From assembly GCA_964447495.1 (NCBI GenBank), contig CAYUTF010000013.1, positions 1 to 43,101 of the forward strand: a stretch of 43,101 nt of DNA. The letters are read 5' to 3'. Shown piece by piece: positions 10,006 to 20,154 of the stretch. The stretch is from an uncultured archaeon (GTDB lineage Archaea; Asgardarchaeota; Lokiarchaeia; Sigyniarchaeales; SOKP01). The number at the start of each line of letters is the position of its first letter. The first letter of the stretch is position 1. The position numbers and the translations under genes were made by a program. The notes under the pieces are model-generated. The model saw nothing but the letters and a program-made list of their open reading frames with translations, did no database searches and was not told the origin of the DNA.

Positions 10006-10929
10006 TTATCTCTTTGCTGGAGATGCATAACAATATGAGCAATTATGTTTACAGCGAAATATACCTGTATAACCCCCGATATCTTTTGATTTATAACAAC
10101 CACAATTTTTTCGCTGTCCAGTATCTCTGACTTTTATTATAGACTCTCCAACAATTTTCTCAATCTTATAAGCATCAATGCAATGAGCTTGTTCAACACC
10201 TTCCATTGCCAATAAATCCGGTTGACAACAAGCTCTCATTTGAATTCCATGAATATTACAAATGTTCACTAATTTATCCAGGATTTGGAATTTTTCATTT
10301 AAGGTTAATTCTATTGGTATATATCCTCTAAAATTCATTCGATTTACTACTTTTTGATAAAGAGTAGCAAAAGAAAATATCAGTTCTTTAACACCAAACC
10401 TAGAAAGGTTTTCCACAATATATTCAAATTGATCTAGATTGTCTATTGTCTCACTATAGCCTCTCTTTTTAAAATGTACAATTGGATCAAATCTAAAGTT
10501 AACTGCAGAGACTCCAAAGGTGTTTATTAGCCATTCTGATTGCTTAAACCGTTCCTCTAGTGATATTTGAACATTTTGCTCCAATTCGGAAGGAGAATTA
10601 ATAGTAAACTGAAATGTATGTCCTTTATATGCATTGAACAGCAGCTTATTAGCATTATAGCTGTTAATCCACTCATTAAAATTTTTACTCCACCATACCC
10701 AACACTTAACATCTTTAGGTGAAAGTGAAACTCTTGATATTTGTATTCTGTTGAAAGGGTTAACTACATCCACATATCCGATTTTAATTCTCTTGACAAC
10801 CCAATCCATCAAAAATGCAGGAATATCGGTCCTTCTTGAACAAGATATTATTTCTGACTTAATTTCTCGTGGCATTGGTTCTAAATGCTTGACCATAGGA
10901 TAGTTTTTTAATTTAAAATAAATTTCCAA
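10006..10929 (-). CDS. DUF1848 family protein (radical SAM/SPL-like)
   Basis: IISCSRRTDIPAF, VNPFN, WSKN, RFDPI, HCID, GQRKNCGC..SKDIG, C-terminal CKHNCSYCYA. Start may be a downstream ATG. Confidence 0.88.
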   Translation of the reverse strand: MEIYFKLKNYPMVKHLEPMPREIKSEIISCSRRTDIPAFLMDWVVKRIKIGYVDVVNPFNRIQISRVSLSPKDVKCWVWWSKNFNEWINSYNANKLLFNAYKGHTFQFTINSPSELEQNVQISLEERFKQSEWLINTFGVSAVNFRFDPIVHFKKRGYSETIDNLDQFEYIVENLSRFGVKELIFSFATLYQKVVNRMNFRGYIPIELTLNEKFQILDKLVNICNIHGIQMRACCQPDLLAMEGVEQAHCIDAYKIEKIVGESIIKVRDTGQRKNCGCYKSKDIGGYTGIFRCKHNCSYCYASPAKR

Positions 10930-11013
10930 TTAGTTACACAATTAAATACACTGCTTTATAACGAAAATAATCTTTCCTAACTTTAAGGTGTTTTCTTTTG
11001 AAACTAAATCAAT

Positions 11014-12585
11014 TTAATCCAGATATAACCTCATCGAAGAGATAAACAAATCTTTTTCAAGATTATTGGAATAATTTTCTTCTAAATCAGCTTTAAGTTT
11101 ATTATAAATCAGTAGATGAGGATTATTAAAAGCATAACCTAAGCGAATATCTCTTTCAAGATTCTTACGAAATTCAGAGCTTAGCCAAATTTCAAATGGG
11201 CCTGCACTATGCTCTGCTTTATATTGGATTTGATATTTATTTTTTAGTACAACTATAACCTCGTATACAGTTTCGCAAATCTGAATCAATAAGTCAGAAT
11301 TTTCTCTATAAAAATAATGAATCGGCACAGGTAAGCGAATATGAAGTAATAATCCTTTACCCTTTCGAAAATTGATATGCCCATATCCAAAAATTACTTG
11401 ATGAAACCCCTTTTTAATAAATATAGAATTAATAGTCTTAATTATATCTGGTAAATATTTTGGGAGACTTAATATATCTTCAAAACCTGGGAAAGCGATA
11501 TAATCTGCATCCTCTTCTGAAGTTTGAACCAATAATGCGAAAGTTGATCTTTCTTGCATGTATTTTTGAAACTCTTCTTCAGTAAGGTTCATATAATAAG
11601 TTCCACTTTCATTTTTCATTATTGATATGAACTTATTAATAATTTCAGTCTTTCCTTTTATTAATGTTGCCCAATTTACTTTCAAAGTTGTATTATCAGA
11701 TGAAGTTAATTTGCTAAATTCGCCTGGCAACTTAATTGGAGAGGTAACAAATTCACTTATGAGGGGAAAAATCTTTGAATCTAAAACTTTCTGCAATCCG
11801 ATAAACGCTGAATTCAGATTATCCCCGAACAGAATTGCTCTTTCTAAATCTATTTCCGGTTGATATAATTTAAAGTTAGCACTTAGTACAATTCCATAAA
11901 AACCATTACCGCCCACTATTCTATGGAACAACTTCTCTTTCCCATTTATCATTATAACATCCCCCTTTGGAATTATAACCCTCATATCAATTATCCAATC
12001 CTCTGCAGCTCCGAGTTTCCCAGAAGTTATCCCACTGGCATTTGATGATATTAATCCCCCTACTCGAACGGGTAAATTGTAAGAGCTAGCTGGTCGTACA
12101 GGAAACATTAATTTACCGTTAGATTTAAAATGTACAAGCTTAATTAAGTCAGATACTAAAACACATTGTTCAGCATAGAGTTTTTTGTTACCAATATCAA
12201 GAAAGATAGGTTCTGTTTGGGAATGCAGATCCTCAAGATCTACTAAAATTCCAAAATTAGCAAAACCTCCAGATAATCCCGTTTTTCCAGAAGCGAAAGT
12301 TATTGGTATACTATATTTATATGAAGTAATAACAATTTTCCTCAATTGTTCTTCATTTATTGGTCGAAAAATCACATAAGGACTTAAGTGTAAGAGGGAA
12401 GGATCTCTAATTATAGAAGACGTAATATAATTATTAACTAAAATAATCTTCCCAGAACTCAAAAGAGTCCTATTAAGACTACTTAAAGAATTTGAAATCT
12501 GAAAACCTTGTTCTATCATAGAATCCAAAAATTCTTTCCAAGGTAACTCCTTTTTCATAACTTCAAGAATCTTCAAATTCATCAT
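11014..12585 (-). CDS. FAD-linked oxidoreductase (VAO/GlcD/D-lactate dehydrogenase-like), divergent
   Basis: SGKTGLSGG, PASS, VGGLISSNASG, GGNGFYGIV, FEDI, C-terminal AEH. Confidence 0.8.
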   Translation of the reverse strand: MMNLKILEVMKKELPWKEFLDSMIEQGFQISNSLSSLNRTLLSSGKIILVNNYITSSIIRDPSLLHLSPYVIFRPINEEQLRKIVITSYKYSIPITFASGKTGLSGGFANFGILVDLEDLHSQTEPIFLDIGNKKLYAEQCVLVSDLIKLVHFKSNGKLMFPVRPASSYNLPVRVGGLISSNASGITSGKLGAAEDWIIDMRVIIPKGDVIMINGKEKLFHRIVGGNGFYGIVLSANFKLYQPEIDLERAILFGDNLNSAFIGLQKVLDSKIFPLISEFVTSPIKLPGEFSKLTSSDNTTLKVNWATLIKGKTEIINKFISIMKNESGTYYMNLTEEEFQKYMQERSTFALLVQTSEEDADYIAFPGFEDILSLPKYLPDIIKTINSIFIKKGFHQVIFGYGHINFRKGKGLLLHIRLPVPIHYFYRENSDLLIQICETVYEVIVVLKNKYQIQYKAEHSAGPFEIWLSSEFRKNLERDIRLGYAFNNPHLLIYNKLKADLEENYSNNLEKDLFISSMRLYLD

Positions 12586-12598
12586 GATATTAGTATAT

Positions 12599-13456
12599 TT
12601 AAAGATTTGTGAGTATTTTTCTTATATTGTGAAGACTTCTCCTTGATATATCTTCTTTATTTCTTATTGCATGAGTCTCGAGACAAAAGTAACCATTATA
12701 ATTAAAATCAATTGCTTGTTTAAGTAATGAAGAATAATCGATCTTTCCCTCACCGACAACAGTAAATATGGCATCTATTCCTGAAATCATAAATTTTGGA
12801 TCTTTTATATGAATATGTTTTACTAAATTCTTTTCATAAAAATAATTGTAAGCTTCTGTTGTTGTCGGTTCTCCTTCCATATAATAATTTCCTGGATCTA
12901 AGATCAATTTAATTGCTTCAGAATTTAATTCTTCGAAAAAAAGTTTTGTATTTTTTATACTTGCAACCATCTGTAAATAATCATTTTCCAATAAAAGATT
13001 TTTGCCTAATGTCTCCGCTTCCTTTACATAGGGCTTTATTATATTAATCATTTCTTCCCAATTATTTTCTACTCTTGACTTTCTCTTTTGAATAAATGAA
13101 AATATTCTGATATTAGCGGTATTAAACAAATCTGAAATTTCTATAATTCGTTGAAATAACCCCAGATTAAATTCTGGATTTCTTAACAAACTTTTCTTTT
13201 TGGTTGTAGAGTACTTAGAGCTTGGGAGAACACACTTTCCAAAAGGGCTAGTAATAACATTTACTCGCATATTTCTACGCTCTAAAGCTTCTTTCATCTT
13301 GTATAACTCATCATCACTCAATAATGCGATATTTTTATTCCATACATTTCTTACATCTACAGTTTTTATCTCAAATTCAGAAGCAACATCTAAAGCATGT
13401 TCAAAATCTTGACTTATCTCATCTGTAATAACAGATAATTGATTTGAATAATTCAT
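12599..13456 (-). CDS. Sugar phosphate isomerase/epimerase (xylose isomerase-like TIM barrel)
   Basis: VITDEISQD, IRIFSF, LLLEN, DPGN, HIHIKD, GEGKIDY, LETH metal ligands. Confidence 0.88.
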   Translation of the reverse strand: MNYSNQLSVITDEISQDFEHALDVASEFEIKTVDVRNVWNKNIALLSDDELYKMKEALERRNMRVNVITSPFGKCVLPSSKYSTTKKKSLLRNPEFNLGLFQRIIEISDLFNTANIRIFSFIQKRKSRVENNWEEMINIIKPYVKEAETLGKNLLLENDYLQMVASIKNTKLFFEELNSEAIKLILDPGNYYMEGEPTTTEAYNYFYEKNLVKHIHIKDPKFMISGIDAIFTVVGEGKIDYSSLLKQAIDFNYNGYFCLETHAIRNKEDISRRSLHNIRKILTNL

Positions 13457-13620
13457 AGCATATTCCTACTTTTTGTAAAGAAAGTATTTAATTAAAATAT
13501 TCATATTTAATTATTTAATTTCATCAATCTGAGCTTATCTTATTCACACATATATAAGAGTCTGCATTAACAACAATATTGAATAATAATTGCGTTTCTC
13601 TATTAAAAAGTAATATCTAT

Positions 13621-16110
13621 CTAAATCTGTATATGATAGCCAGTTTCTAAAAACTCTTTTTCAATAGTTCCTATAGATTTTTCATTTATAATAATTTCTA
13701 CGGGAATCTTGGGAGCATTTCTTGCTTTAAGAATTATAAATCTCTCTCTTTGAAGTACATCGATTGAAATATGTATAGTATTTTCTTTAAATTCAAACTG
13801 TTTCATCAAGACGCCATCAATTCCAAATACAAATTGGTTTTTAAAATCAATAAAGAGATCTCCAAAATGGTTTTTTGTATATGCGGTTGCCATTGCTGCT
13901 GTTCCAATTCCCCAATCAAATGTAATTTGTCCATACATTCGATAATCACTTCCTGTATGACCATAATTTTCATACATGGAGCCTTTATCGACATTATCTA
14001 TCGTTTCTATATTTTTTGTATTTCCAGGACATATTCCTTCATATTCTTTTAGTAACTGAAGAGACCAACTAGCTCTTAATGCTGCGATACCTCTTTCCAT
14101 ATATTCTTCATTATTTGTGAGAAGATAATATTCCATATAGGTTCTTACAAATAAACCTTGTCGTGCATCACCTAATTCTGCGTCGGCATTTTGGACTCCA
14201 AAACCCCCAAATGTATTATAACTAATATATGGCATATTCCAAACTTGTTGAAATAAAGATAATATTGCTAATGCCTGCTCACCATCTTTTAGATAATCTG
14301 AATTCTTTGTTAATTTAAATAATTCCTTGAGACCTTCAGCACACCAATAGATACATAATGTATTCATAACATGGCTATTTGTATAATCATCAAAAAAGTT
14401 AAGAGGCAACATAGTACAACTGAAAAAAGGTTCAAAATCATGCCACTTATTCTTTGGTAGTATTTCATCTTGGAGATACTTACTAATAATTTCTGCTAAT
14501 GTCAATACCTCTGAATTTGGATAAATTTTATGCAATTCAGTTAGAAACATCAATACTGCCCCAGAACTAGCGGAGCCTAGTAATGCTTTATCAATATCAA
14601 TCTTTTCATTTTTTAACCCAATAAAAGTGGGAATAGCTCCATTTTTCTGCTGAATCAATTTAATAAGTTCTAAGAGTTCTTTGCTTCTTTCAACTATCAA
14701 ATCAATTTTTTCGAAATCTTGATATGATTTTAGCGCCCAATACATTGCTAGGCATGCATCAACTATATTATATTGATCACTATATAATCCCGCTTTGACT
14801 CCATTGATATATGAGATTATATTTGAATGTAGACCTGCTGGGAAAATAACACTAGGGAATATGCCATTTTTTCTTGGCAAATTTAATATCGTATTTAATA
14901 TACGATCTGCTTTTTCTTTTAACTCAATATTATCAAATTCTTTAGCAAAATATCTGAAACTATATGCTGTTCGCATATTAAGAAACCAGGCATTATTCCA
15001 AACCTCAGCAATTCTTGGAGCAAAAGCATGTCTTCGAGTGTATTTATCAAACCATTTTACCTTCTCTGGATCGTAGATAATATCATTTATCCCTTTATGG
15101 ACACCTACATTCGAACTAACATTCTCTGTCGAATTTCTTTCTCTATGAAGTGCAAGCTTTTCTGGTACTATGAATTGAATTGCTTTTTTTTTGGTTCCCG
15201 CCCATGATCTTTGCCAAATTCCTCCACATTCTTTCTTATTAATGACAAAATCCCCCCAGAATCTATGCCTGTCGAAGATAGCTTTGAAACCTTCCTGAAC
15301 ATTTATGCAATAAGGTAAAACTTGTGGCTCAAAGCTATCATAAAGGTTTTTTCTTACATATTTTTCCCAAAAAAATTGATTAATTGATTGGAGGATCTCT
15401 AAAATATTTTTATTGTTAAAAACAATGATATAGTATCGAAAAGTTAAATCTGTGCCTTTGGGGATTTCCCAAATTTTGGAAGGTTCATGTTTAAAAAAAG
15501 TATGCTTAAAGGGTTCATAATTGCCAAAACCATAAGATATCTGGGGATATTTATTCTTATCTGGCTGCAAATTAAAATCCATAAATGATTTTAAAGGATG
15601 GTTAGCAGCGAGCGTTTTCAAGTCTGGTATCAAAGCAAATGCAATTTCTGCTTTTTTATATATAATCACTGGAGAACGATATATATGATCTCCCATAACT
15701 AATCCTTCTTCTGGTCTAAGATGGGGTACCCAAATAAAGTCTGGATTCCCTCCAAGAATAATAGAATAATTAACCAGTAATTTCGATAATTGTAAATTCT
15801 TTTTATTAGATAACTTATATCTGATATGGAAAATATTAGTATCTTCAAGACAATAATCTAATTGAAGAAGAAAGTCATCATCGTCTAAATTGTAGTAAAT
15901 TTTCTTTTTCTTGCTTTTGAGATAGTTCAATTTTTTAGTAATCTGTTTCTCATTTATCCAATAGTTTAAAGTGCTAAAGCTTTTATTACTGCTAAGAATT
16001 GGTATCCAGAGATTATTGTGTTTAACCTCGACTATTTCTGATGTATGGTTTTTATTCTCGTCAATTTTTACTCGAATTAATTCCTTTTCTAGAATTCTCT
16101 GAGTGTTCAT
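13621..16110 (-). CDS. Large hypothetical protein, probable beta-sandwich plus (alpha/alpha)6 glycosidase-like domain
   Basis: 829 aa; aromatic/acidic conserved-looking segments WHDFEPFFSC, GGFGVQNADAELGDARQ, ENYGH, FDWG; helical 'EEYMERGIAALR'-type repeats. Confidence 0.6.
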   Translation of the reverse strand: MNTQRILEKELIRVKIDENKNHTSEIVEVKHNNLWIPILSSNKSFSTLNYWINEKQITKKLNYLKSKKKKIYYNLDDDDFLLQLDYCLEDTNIFHIRYKLSNKKNLQLSKLLVNYSIILGGNPDFIWVPHLRPEEGLVMGDHIYRSPVIIYKKAEIAFALIPDLKTLAANHPLKSFMDFNLQPDKNKYPQISYGFGNYEPFKHTFFKHEPSKIWEIPKGTDLTFRYYIIVFNNKNILEILQSINQFFWEKYVRKNLYDSFEPQVLPYCINVQEGFKAIFDRHRFWGDFVINKKECGGIWQRSWAGTKKKAIQFIVPEKLALHRERNSTENVSSNVGVHKGINDIIYDPEKVKWFDKYTRRHAFAPRIAEVWNNAWFLNMRTAYSFRYFAKEFDNIELKEKADRILNTILNLPRKNGIFPSVIFPAGLHSNIISYINGVKAGLYSDQYNIVDACLAMYWALKSYQDFEKIDLIVERSKELLELIKLIQQKNGAIPTFIGLKNEKIDIDKALLGSASSGAVLMFLTELHKIYPNSEVLTLAEIISKYLQDEILPKNKWHDFEPFFSCTMLPLNFFDDYTNSHVMNTLCIYWCAEGLKELFKLTKNSDYLKDGEQALAILSLFQQVWNMPYISYNTFGGFGVQNADAELGDARQGLFVRTYMEYYLLTNNEEYMERGIAALRASWSLQLLKEYEGICPGNTKNIETIDNVDKGSMYENYGHTGSDYRMYGQITFDWGIGTAAMATAYTKNHFGDLFIDFKNQFVFGIDGVLMKQFEFKENTIHISIDVLQRERFIILKARNAPKIPVEIIINEKSIGTIEKEFLETGYHIQI

Positions 16111-16209
16111 AAGTATAGCATTATATCCTTATCATTTAAGATTAGACCAAAAAAAAGTTTAAAGTTTATTATTCACTAATAAAAAAGATTTAGAAAAATA
16201 GATTTAGAA

Positions 16210-16602
16210 TTAAAACCTGTCCCAGGCGGCATGAACAGCTTTGCCCGTCATTTCAATAACAGGTTTCATTTTATCTAAAGGAGCTAATCCTGCTTCAGGT
16301 GCGATTTTCATTATTGAAGCGTGACTGACATACACTTTTCCATTTTCCTCATAAACCACAAAGCTACAAGGAAATAATAATCCTACATTTTTTGAAACAT
16401 CAAGAGCTGCTTTCGCAAAATTCGGTCCGCATGCAAGTATTATTGTATATTTATCATAATCAATTCCCAATTTTTTCTTGAAAATTTGATCAATAGATTT
16501 AGTAAGCATATGACTAAAACCTTCTTCAACAATTATCTTTTCTACATGCGCAACTGCCGCATCAAATTCCATTTTTAATTCCTTTTTGAGTATATCGACC
16601 AT
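16210..16602 (-). CDS. DUF302 domain protein
   Basis: KKLGIDYDKYTIILACGPNFA..ALD...GLLFPCSFVVYE; ATG 16602 follows AGGTGA. Confidence 0.88.
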   Translation of the reverse strand: MVDILKKELKMEFDAAVAHVEKIIVEEGFSHMLTKSIDQIFKKKLGIDYDKYTIILACGPNFAKAALDVSKNVGLLFPCSFVVYEENGKVYVSHASIMKIAPEAGLAPLDKMKPVIEMTGKAVHAAWDRF

Positions 16603-16642
16603 ATAATTCACCTATATATTTGTTCTTATAAATTAAAAAAAA

Positions 16643-16987
16643 TTATTTTTTAAAATCATCCAAAGCTTTTAATACATAATTGGTGAACATTAGTGCTGGA
16701 CCTCCTCCTAATGTTCCGGCAACCATGCATGCTTCAATTATTTCTTCTCGAGTGGCTCCCGCTTCCAAAGCACGTTTTACATGCCACGCTACACAAAATT
16801 TACATTGCTTGGCAATTGAAAGGGCTATCCCGATTAATTCTTTAAACTTAGTTGATAAGGCGCCATCCTTCTTTACACTACCCATAAATTCTTGAAAACC
16901 TTTAATAGCATCGGGATGTGCTTTTCCTAATGTTTGAAGTGCATTCATTGCATGGTTAAAATATTCGTTTGCATCGTATTCATCCAA
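16643..16987 (-). CDS. Carboxymuconolactone decarboxylase/AhpD-like protein
   Basis: GALSTKFKELI, QCKFCVAWH (CxxC..H), AGATREEI, GGGP. Confidence 0.9.
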   Translation of the reverse strand: MDEYDANEYFNHAMNALQTLGKAHPDAIKGFQEFMGSVKKDGALSTKFKELIGIALSIAKQCKFCVAWHVKRALEAGATREEIIEACMVAGTLGGGPALMFTNYVLKALDDFKK

Positions 16988-17196
16988 TTGTTTTTCACCA
17001 TTTATTTTCGATTATTATCTTATTAATGATCTTTAGAATAATAAAAATTTTCTTTATGAATTAAAAATTCAAAATTAATACAGTGTTCTTATATAGATAT
17101 ATTAAACACCATGCAAGGTCACATTATAAGCTTAACATTTAAATTATAAAATAAAAATAAAAAATCAGAAGATTAATAATTTAAAAATAAAATTTT

Positions 17197-18591
17197 TTAT
17201 TTAACTGTTGGATAACCTGCTGCATTCCAAGCTTTCATGCTTCCCAATACATTAAAAACATCATTGAACCCATGTTTCTTCAATATACTTGTTGCCATAC
17301 TAGCTCTAGCCCCATTTCCACACATTGTTACAATCGGTTTATCTTTCGGTATTTCATTAAGCTTTTTCTCAATTTCACCAACATATATATTCTTAGCTTC
17401 TTTTATATAACCATCTTTTAGTTCTGGAGCTCCTCTTACATCAATCAAGAAGATATCTTGATTATGATCTAATTTATCTTTTAAATTGTCCGCTGTTATC
17501 ATCCCCACAGTTTCAGTTGGAAAGTTGTTGCTGTACCAAGCAATAATACCACCCACTAAGTACCCTTTAATGTTATCATACCCCACTCTTAACAAATATT
17601 TATAAGCTTTCTTTAATTCAGCAAAATTTTCCACAATAAGAAGAATAGGTTTATCATAGGGTAAAACCCATCCCACATAAGAGGGAAGACCCTTCAACCA
17701 GATATTATATGAACCCTTGATATGAGCTGAACCAAAAGAAGTGGGATTTCGCGTATCTACGATAATACCCCCTTTCTGTAATTCTCTCTTAAATTCTCCT
17801 GGAAGTAAAGGTTTGAATCTAGGTAAATTTTTTAGTAATGGCGGTCCTTTTAAGTTATATTCTTCCATTTTCTTAAAATAGGGCGAAAAATAATGATGTT
17901 CATTTAATTTGAATTTTATAAAAGTATCTTTATCTTTTAATTGCAAAGCATAACTTTGCATTCTTTCCAATCCGATTGTGCTTAACTCTCTTTCATTAAT
18001 GGCTGCTCCGCAAACGGAACCTGCACCATGACCAGGTAATATGACTGCTTGATCACCCAGTGGTAACAATTTGTTAAATAAGCTATTATAGAGGTTAGAT
18101 GCATTTTGTTCAGCTAAAGCTAGACCATACATATCTATTCTTCCTGTATCACCAACAAAGAGCGCATCTCCCGTAAAAACCATAATTGTTTCCTTTCCCG
18201 TCGAGGTATCATATACGGCATAACTTGTACTTTCGTCTGTATGTCCTGGTGTATGAATTGCTTTGATTTTTAAAACCCCTAGATTAAATTCTTGTCCGTC
18301 TTTAAGTGTATTTCCATATTTCCAATCTAAATCTGGACCATGATAGATCTTAACATCAATCAGGTCAGCGATTTCTTTGGATCCAATTACATAATCCTCA
18401 TTACGGTGGGTTTCAAATACATACTTAATATTAGCTTCAGCATCCCAAGCTAATTTCAAAAAGATTTTTGCGTCTCTTCGTGGATCTACAACGCATGCCT
18501 CATTGCCAGATGCTAAGAAATATGAGATAGAAGAAATGCCTTCACTTTTAACTTTATGTAAAATCAAAATTTCTCTTCCTTTTTTACCCAT
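17197..18591 (-). CDS. MBL-fold hydrolase with two rhodanese domains (persulfide dioxygenase/sulfurtransferase-like)
   Basis: VDPRRD, ETHRNEDY, HTPGHT, FTGDALF, PGHGAGSVCG; C-terminal rhodanese active loop CGNGARA. Confidence 0.9.
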   Translation of the reverse strand: MGKKGREILILHKVKSEGISSISYFLASGNEACVVDPRRDAKIFLKLAWDAEANIKYVFETHRNEDYVIGSKEIADLIDVKIYHGPDLDWKYGNTLKDGQEFNLGVLKIKAIHTPGHTDESTSYAVYDTSTGKETIMVFTGDALFVGDTGRIDMYGLALAEQNASNLYNSLFNKLLPLGDQAVILPGHGAGSVCGAAINERELSTIGLERMQSYALQLKDKDTFIKFKLNEHHYFSPYFKKMEEYNLKGPPLLKNLPRFKPLLPGEFKRELQKGGIIVDTRNPTSFGSAHIKGSYNIWLKGLPSYVGWVLPYDKPILLIVENFAELKKAYKYLLRVGYDNIKGYLVGGIIAWYSNNFPTETVGMITADNLKDKLDHNQDIFLIDVRGAPELKDGYIKEAKNIYVGEIEKKLNEIPKDKPIVTMCGNGARASMATSILKKHGFNDVFNVLGSMKAWNAAGYPTVK

Positions 18592-18830
18592 TAAGGTTTA
18601 AGTATACTTTGTCCTAATTTTATAATAAGTTATTGCCTATATACTAAAAATCTAAGTATTAATAACAAGTCTATTTTGATATATACTGTTATATCCCAAA
18701 TACCCTATTATTAAAAATGTTAGGCGAGCTATACGTTTTTATTTATTAACTATGCTTGATTTAAAGCTTTTTTCAAATTTAAAGGGAAAATTAACATAAA
18801 TTTTAATAGATATTTCATTCTCTATTTATT

Positions 18831-19850
18831 ATGATTCCCTCAATTGAATGGAAAAATTCCAAAGTATATATGATTGACCAAACTTTGCTTCCTTTCGAGT
18901 TAAAATTTTTAGAGTTTGAAGATTTTAGAGAAGTAGCTACTTCAATTAAGGTTATGAACATTAGAGGCGCTCCAGCTATTGGTGTTGCCGCCGCAATGGG
19001 TATTGCCTTAGCTACTATTGAGTATAAAGATCTTCCCAAACAGAAATTCTTAGAAAAAATGGGAGAGGCCGCAAATATCATAAAAAGTACAAGACCTACA
19101 GCATCTAATTTGTTTTGGGCTGTAGAGAGGGTTTGGAAAATAATTAGTACTTATCCTGATGATCCTTCTAATTTATCGGATTTAGTAATTGAAGAGGTAA
19201 AATTGATGGCTCAAGAAGATATTAATGTTAATAAAAGTATCGGAAAAAATGGTGCGGCATTACTAAGTGATGGAGATACAGTATTAACTCACTGTAACGC
19301 AGGTTCTTTAGCTACTGTTCAATATGGGACGGCACTAGCCCCCATAAGGGCTGCAATCGAAGAGGGAAAAAAAGTTAATGTAATTGCAGATGAAACCAGA
19401 CCTCGTTTGCAAGGGGCAAGGTTAACGGCTTATGAACTCCAATATGATAAAATCCCTGTGAAAGTAATTTCAGATACATCCTCAGGACTTTTAATGTATT
19501 TAGGAAAGATAGATAAAGTCATTGTTGGAACGGATAGGGTTACATCAGATGCTGTTTTTAATAAAATAGGTACATATTTAGTAGCTCTTGCTGCAAAAGA
19601 AAACAATATCCCCCTTTATGTTGCTGCACCGACATCCACACTATCTTTAAGTGAAGTTGCACATGATGTTACCATTGAACAAAGAGATCCTAGTGAGGTA
19701 AGTAAGATATTAGGAAAATTACAAATCGTTCCAGACGGCGTAGAATGCCTAAATTATGCTTTCGATATTACTCCATTTAAGCTTATTACTGCAATCATAA
19801 CTGAAGATGGAGTTTATGAGCCTAAAAAATTACTTGAGAAATATAAATAA
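18831..19850 (+). CDS. mtnA: S-methyl-5-thioribose-1-phosphate isomerase (eIF2B-like family)
   Basis: IDQTLLP, IRGAPAIG, TRPTASNL, LTHCNAGSLAT, ETRPRLQGARLT, NKIGTY, AFDITP. Confidence 0.92.
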   Translation: MIPSIEWKNSKVYMIDQTLLPFELKFLEFEDFREVATSIKVMNIRGAPAIGVAAAMGIALATIEYKDLPKQKFLEKMGEAANIIKSTRPTASNLFWAVERVWKIISTYPDDPSNLSDLVIEEVKLMAQEDINVNKSIGKNGAALLSDGDTVLTHCNAGSLATVQYGTALAPIRAAIEEGKKVNVIADETRPRLQGARLTAYELQYDKIPVKVISDTSSGLLMYLGKIDKVIVGTDRVTSDAVFNKIGTYLVALAAKENNIPLYVAAPTSTLSLSEVAHDVTIEQRDPSEVSKILGKLQIVPDGVECLNYAFDITPFKLITAIITEDGVYEPKKLLEKYK

Positions 19851-19884
19851 GCTTTCTAATATTTGATTCTTAAGAGGAATAATT

Positions 19885-20154
19885 ATGGCTGATAAATATA
19901 GAGAAAATAAAAAAAAAACGCTTTTTAGGACTTTTTTACTAATTATTATAGATTTTACGTGTCTAAATATATATTTAGTAATCTCTGGAATAACTCATAA
20001 TTTTAATTGGACTTTAGAAAGATTAACAACTACTACTGAAGGCTTAATTATTCAATTCATTCAATTAATCGCTATATTAGGATCAATACTTCTTTTTTTA
20101 CATATGGTGATTCTAATTGGTTTATATCTTAAAGGATCTCGTGATTCTATTTAG
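19885..20154 (+). CDS. Small two-TM membrane protein
   Basis: 89 aa with two hydrophobic segments; AGAGGA RBS; stop overlaps the convergent Dus stop. Confidence 0.6.
   Translation: MADKYRENKKKTLFRTFLLIIIDFTCLNIYLVISGITHNFNWTLERLTTTTEGLIIQFIQLIAILGSILLFLHMVILIGLYLKGSRDSI

Noticed and set aside
17083-17109. Imperfect inverted repeat GTGTT..ATATA/TATAT..AACAC as an operator
   Set aside because: Short, AT-rich and I saw no second copy; could be chance.
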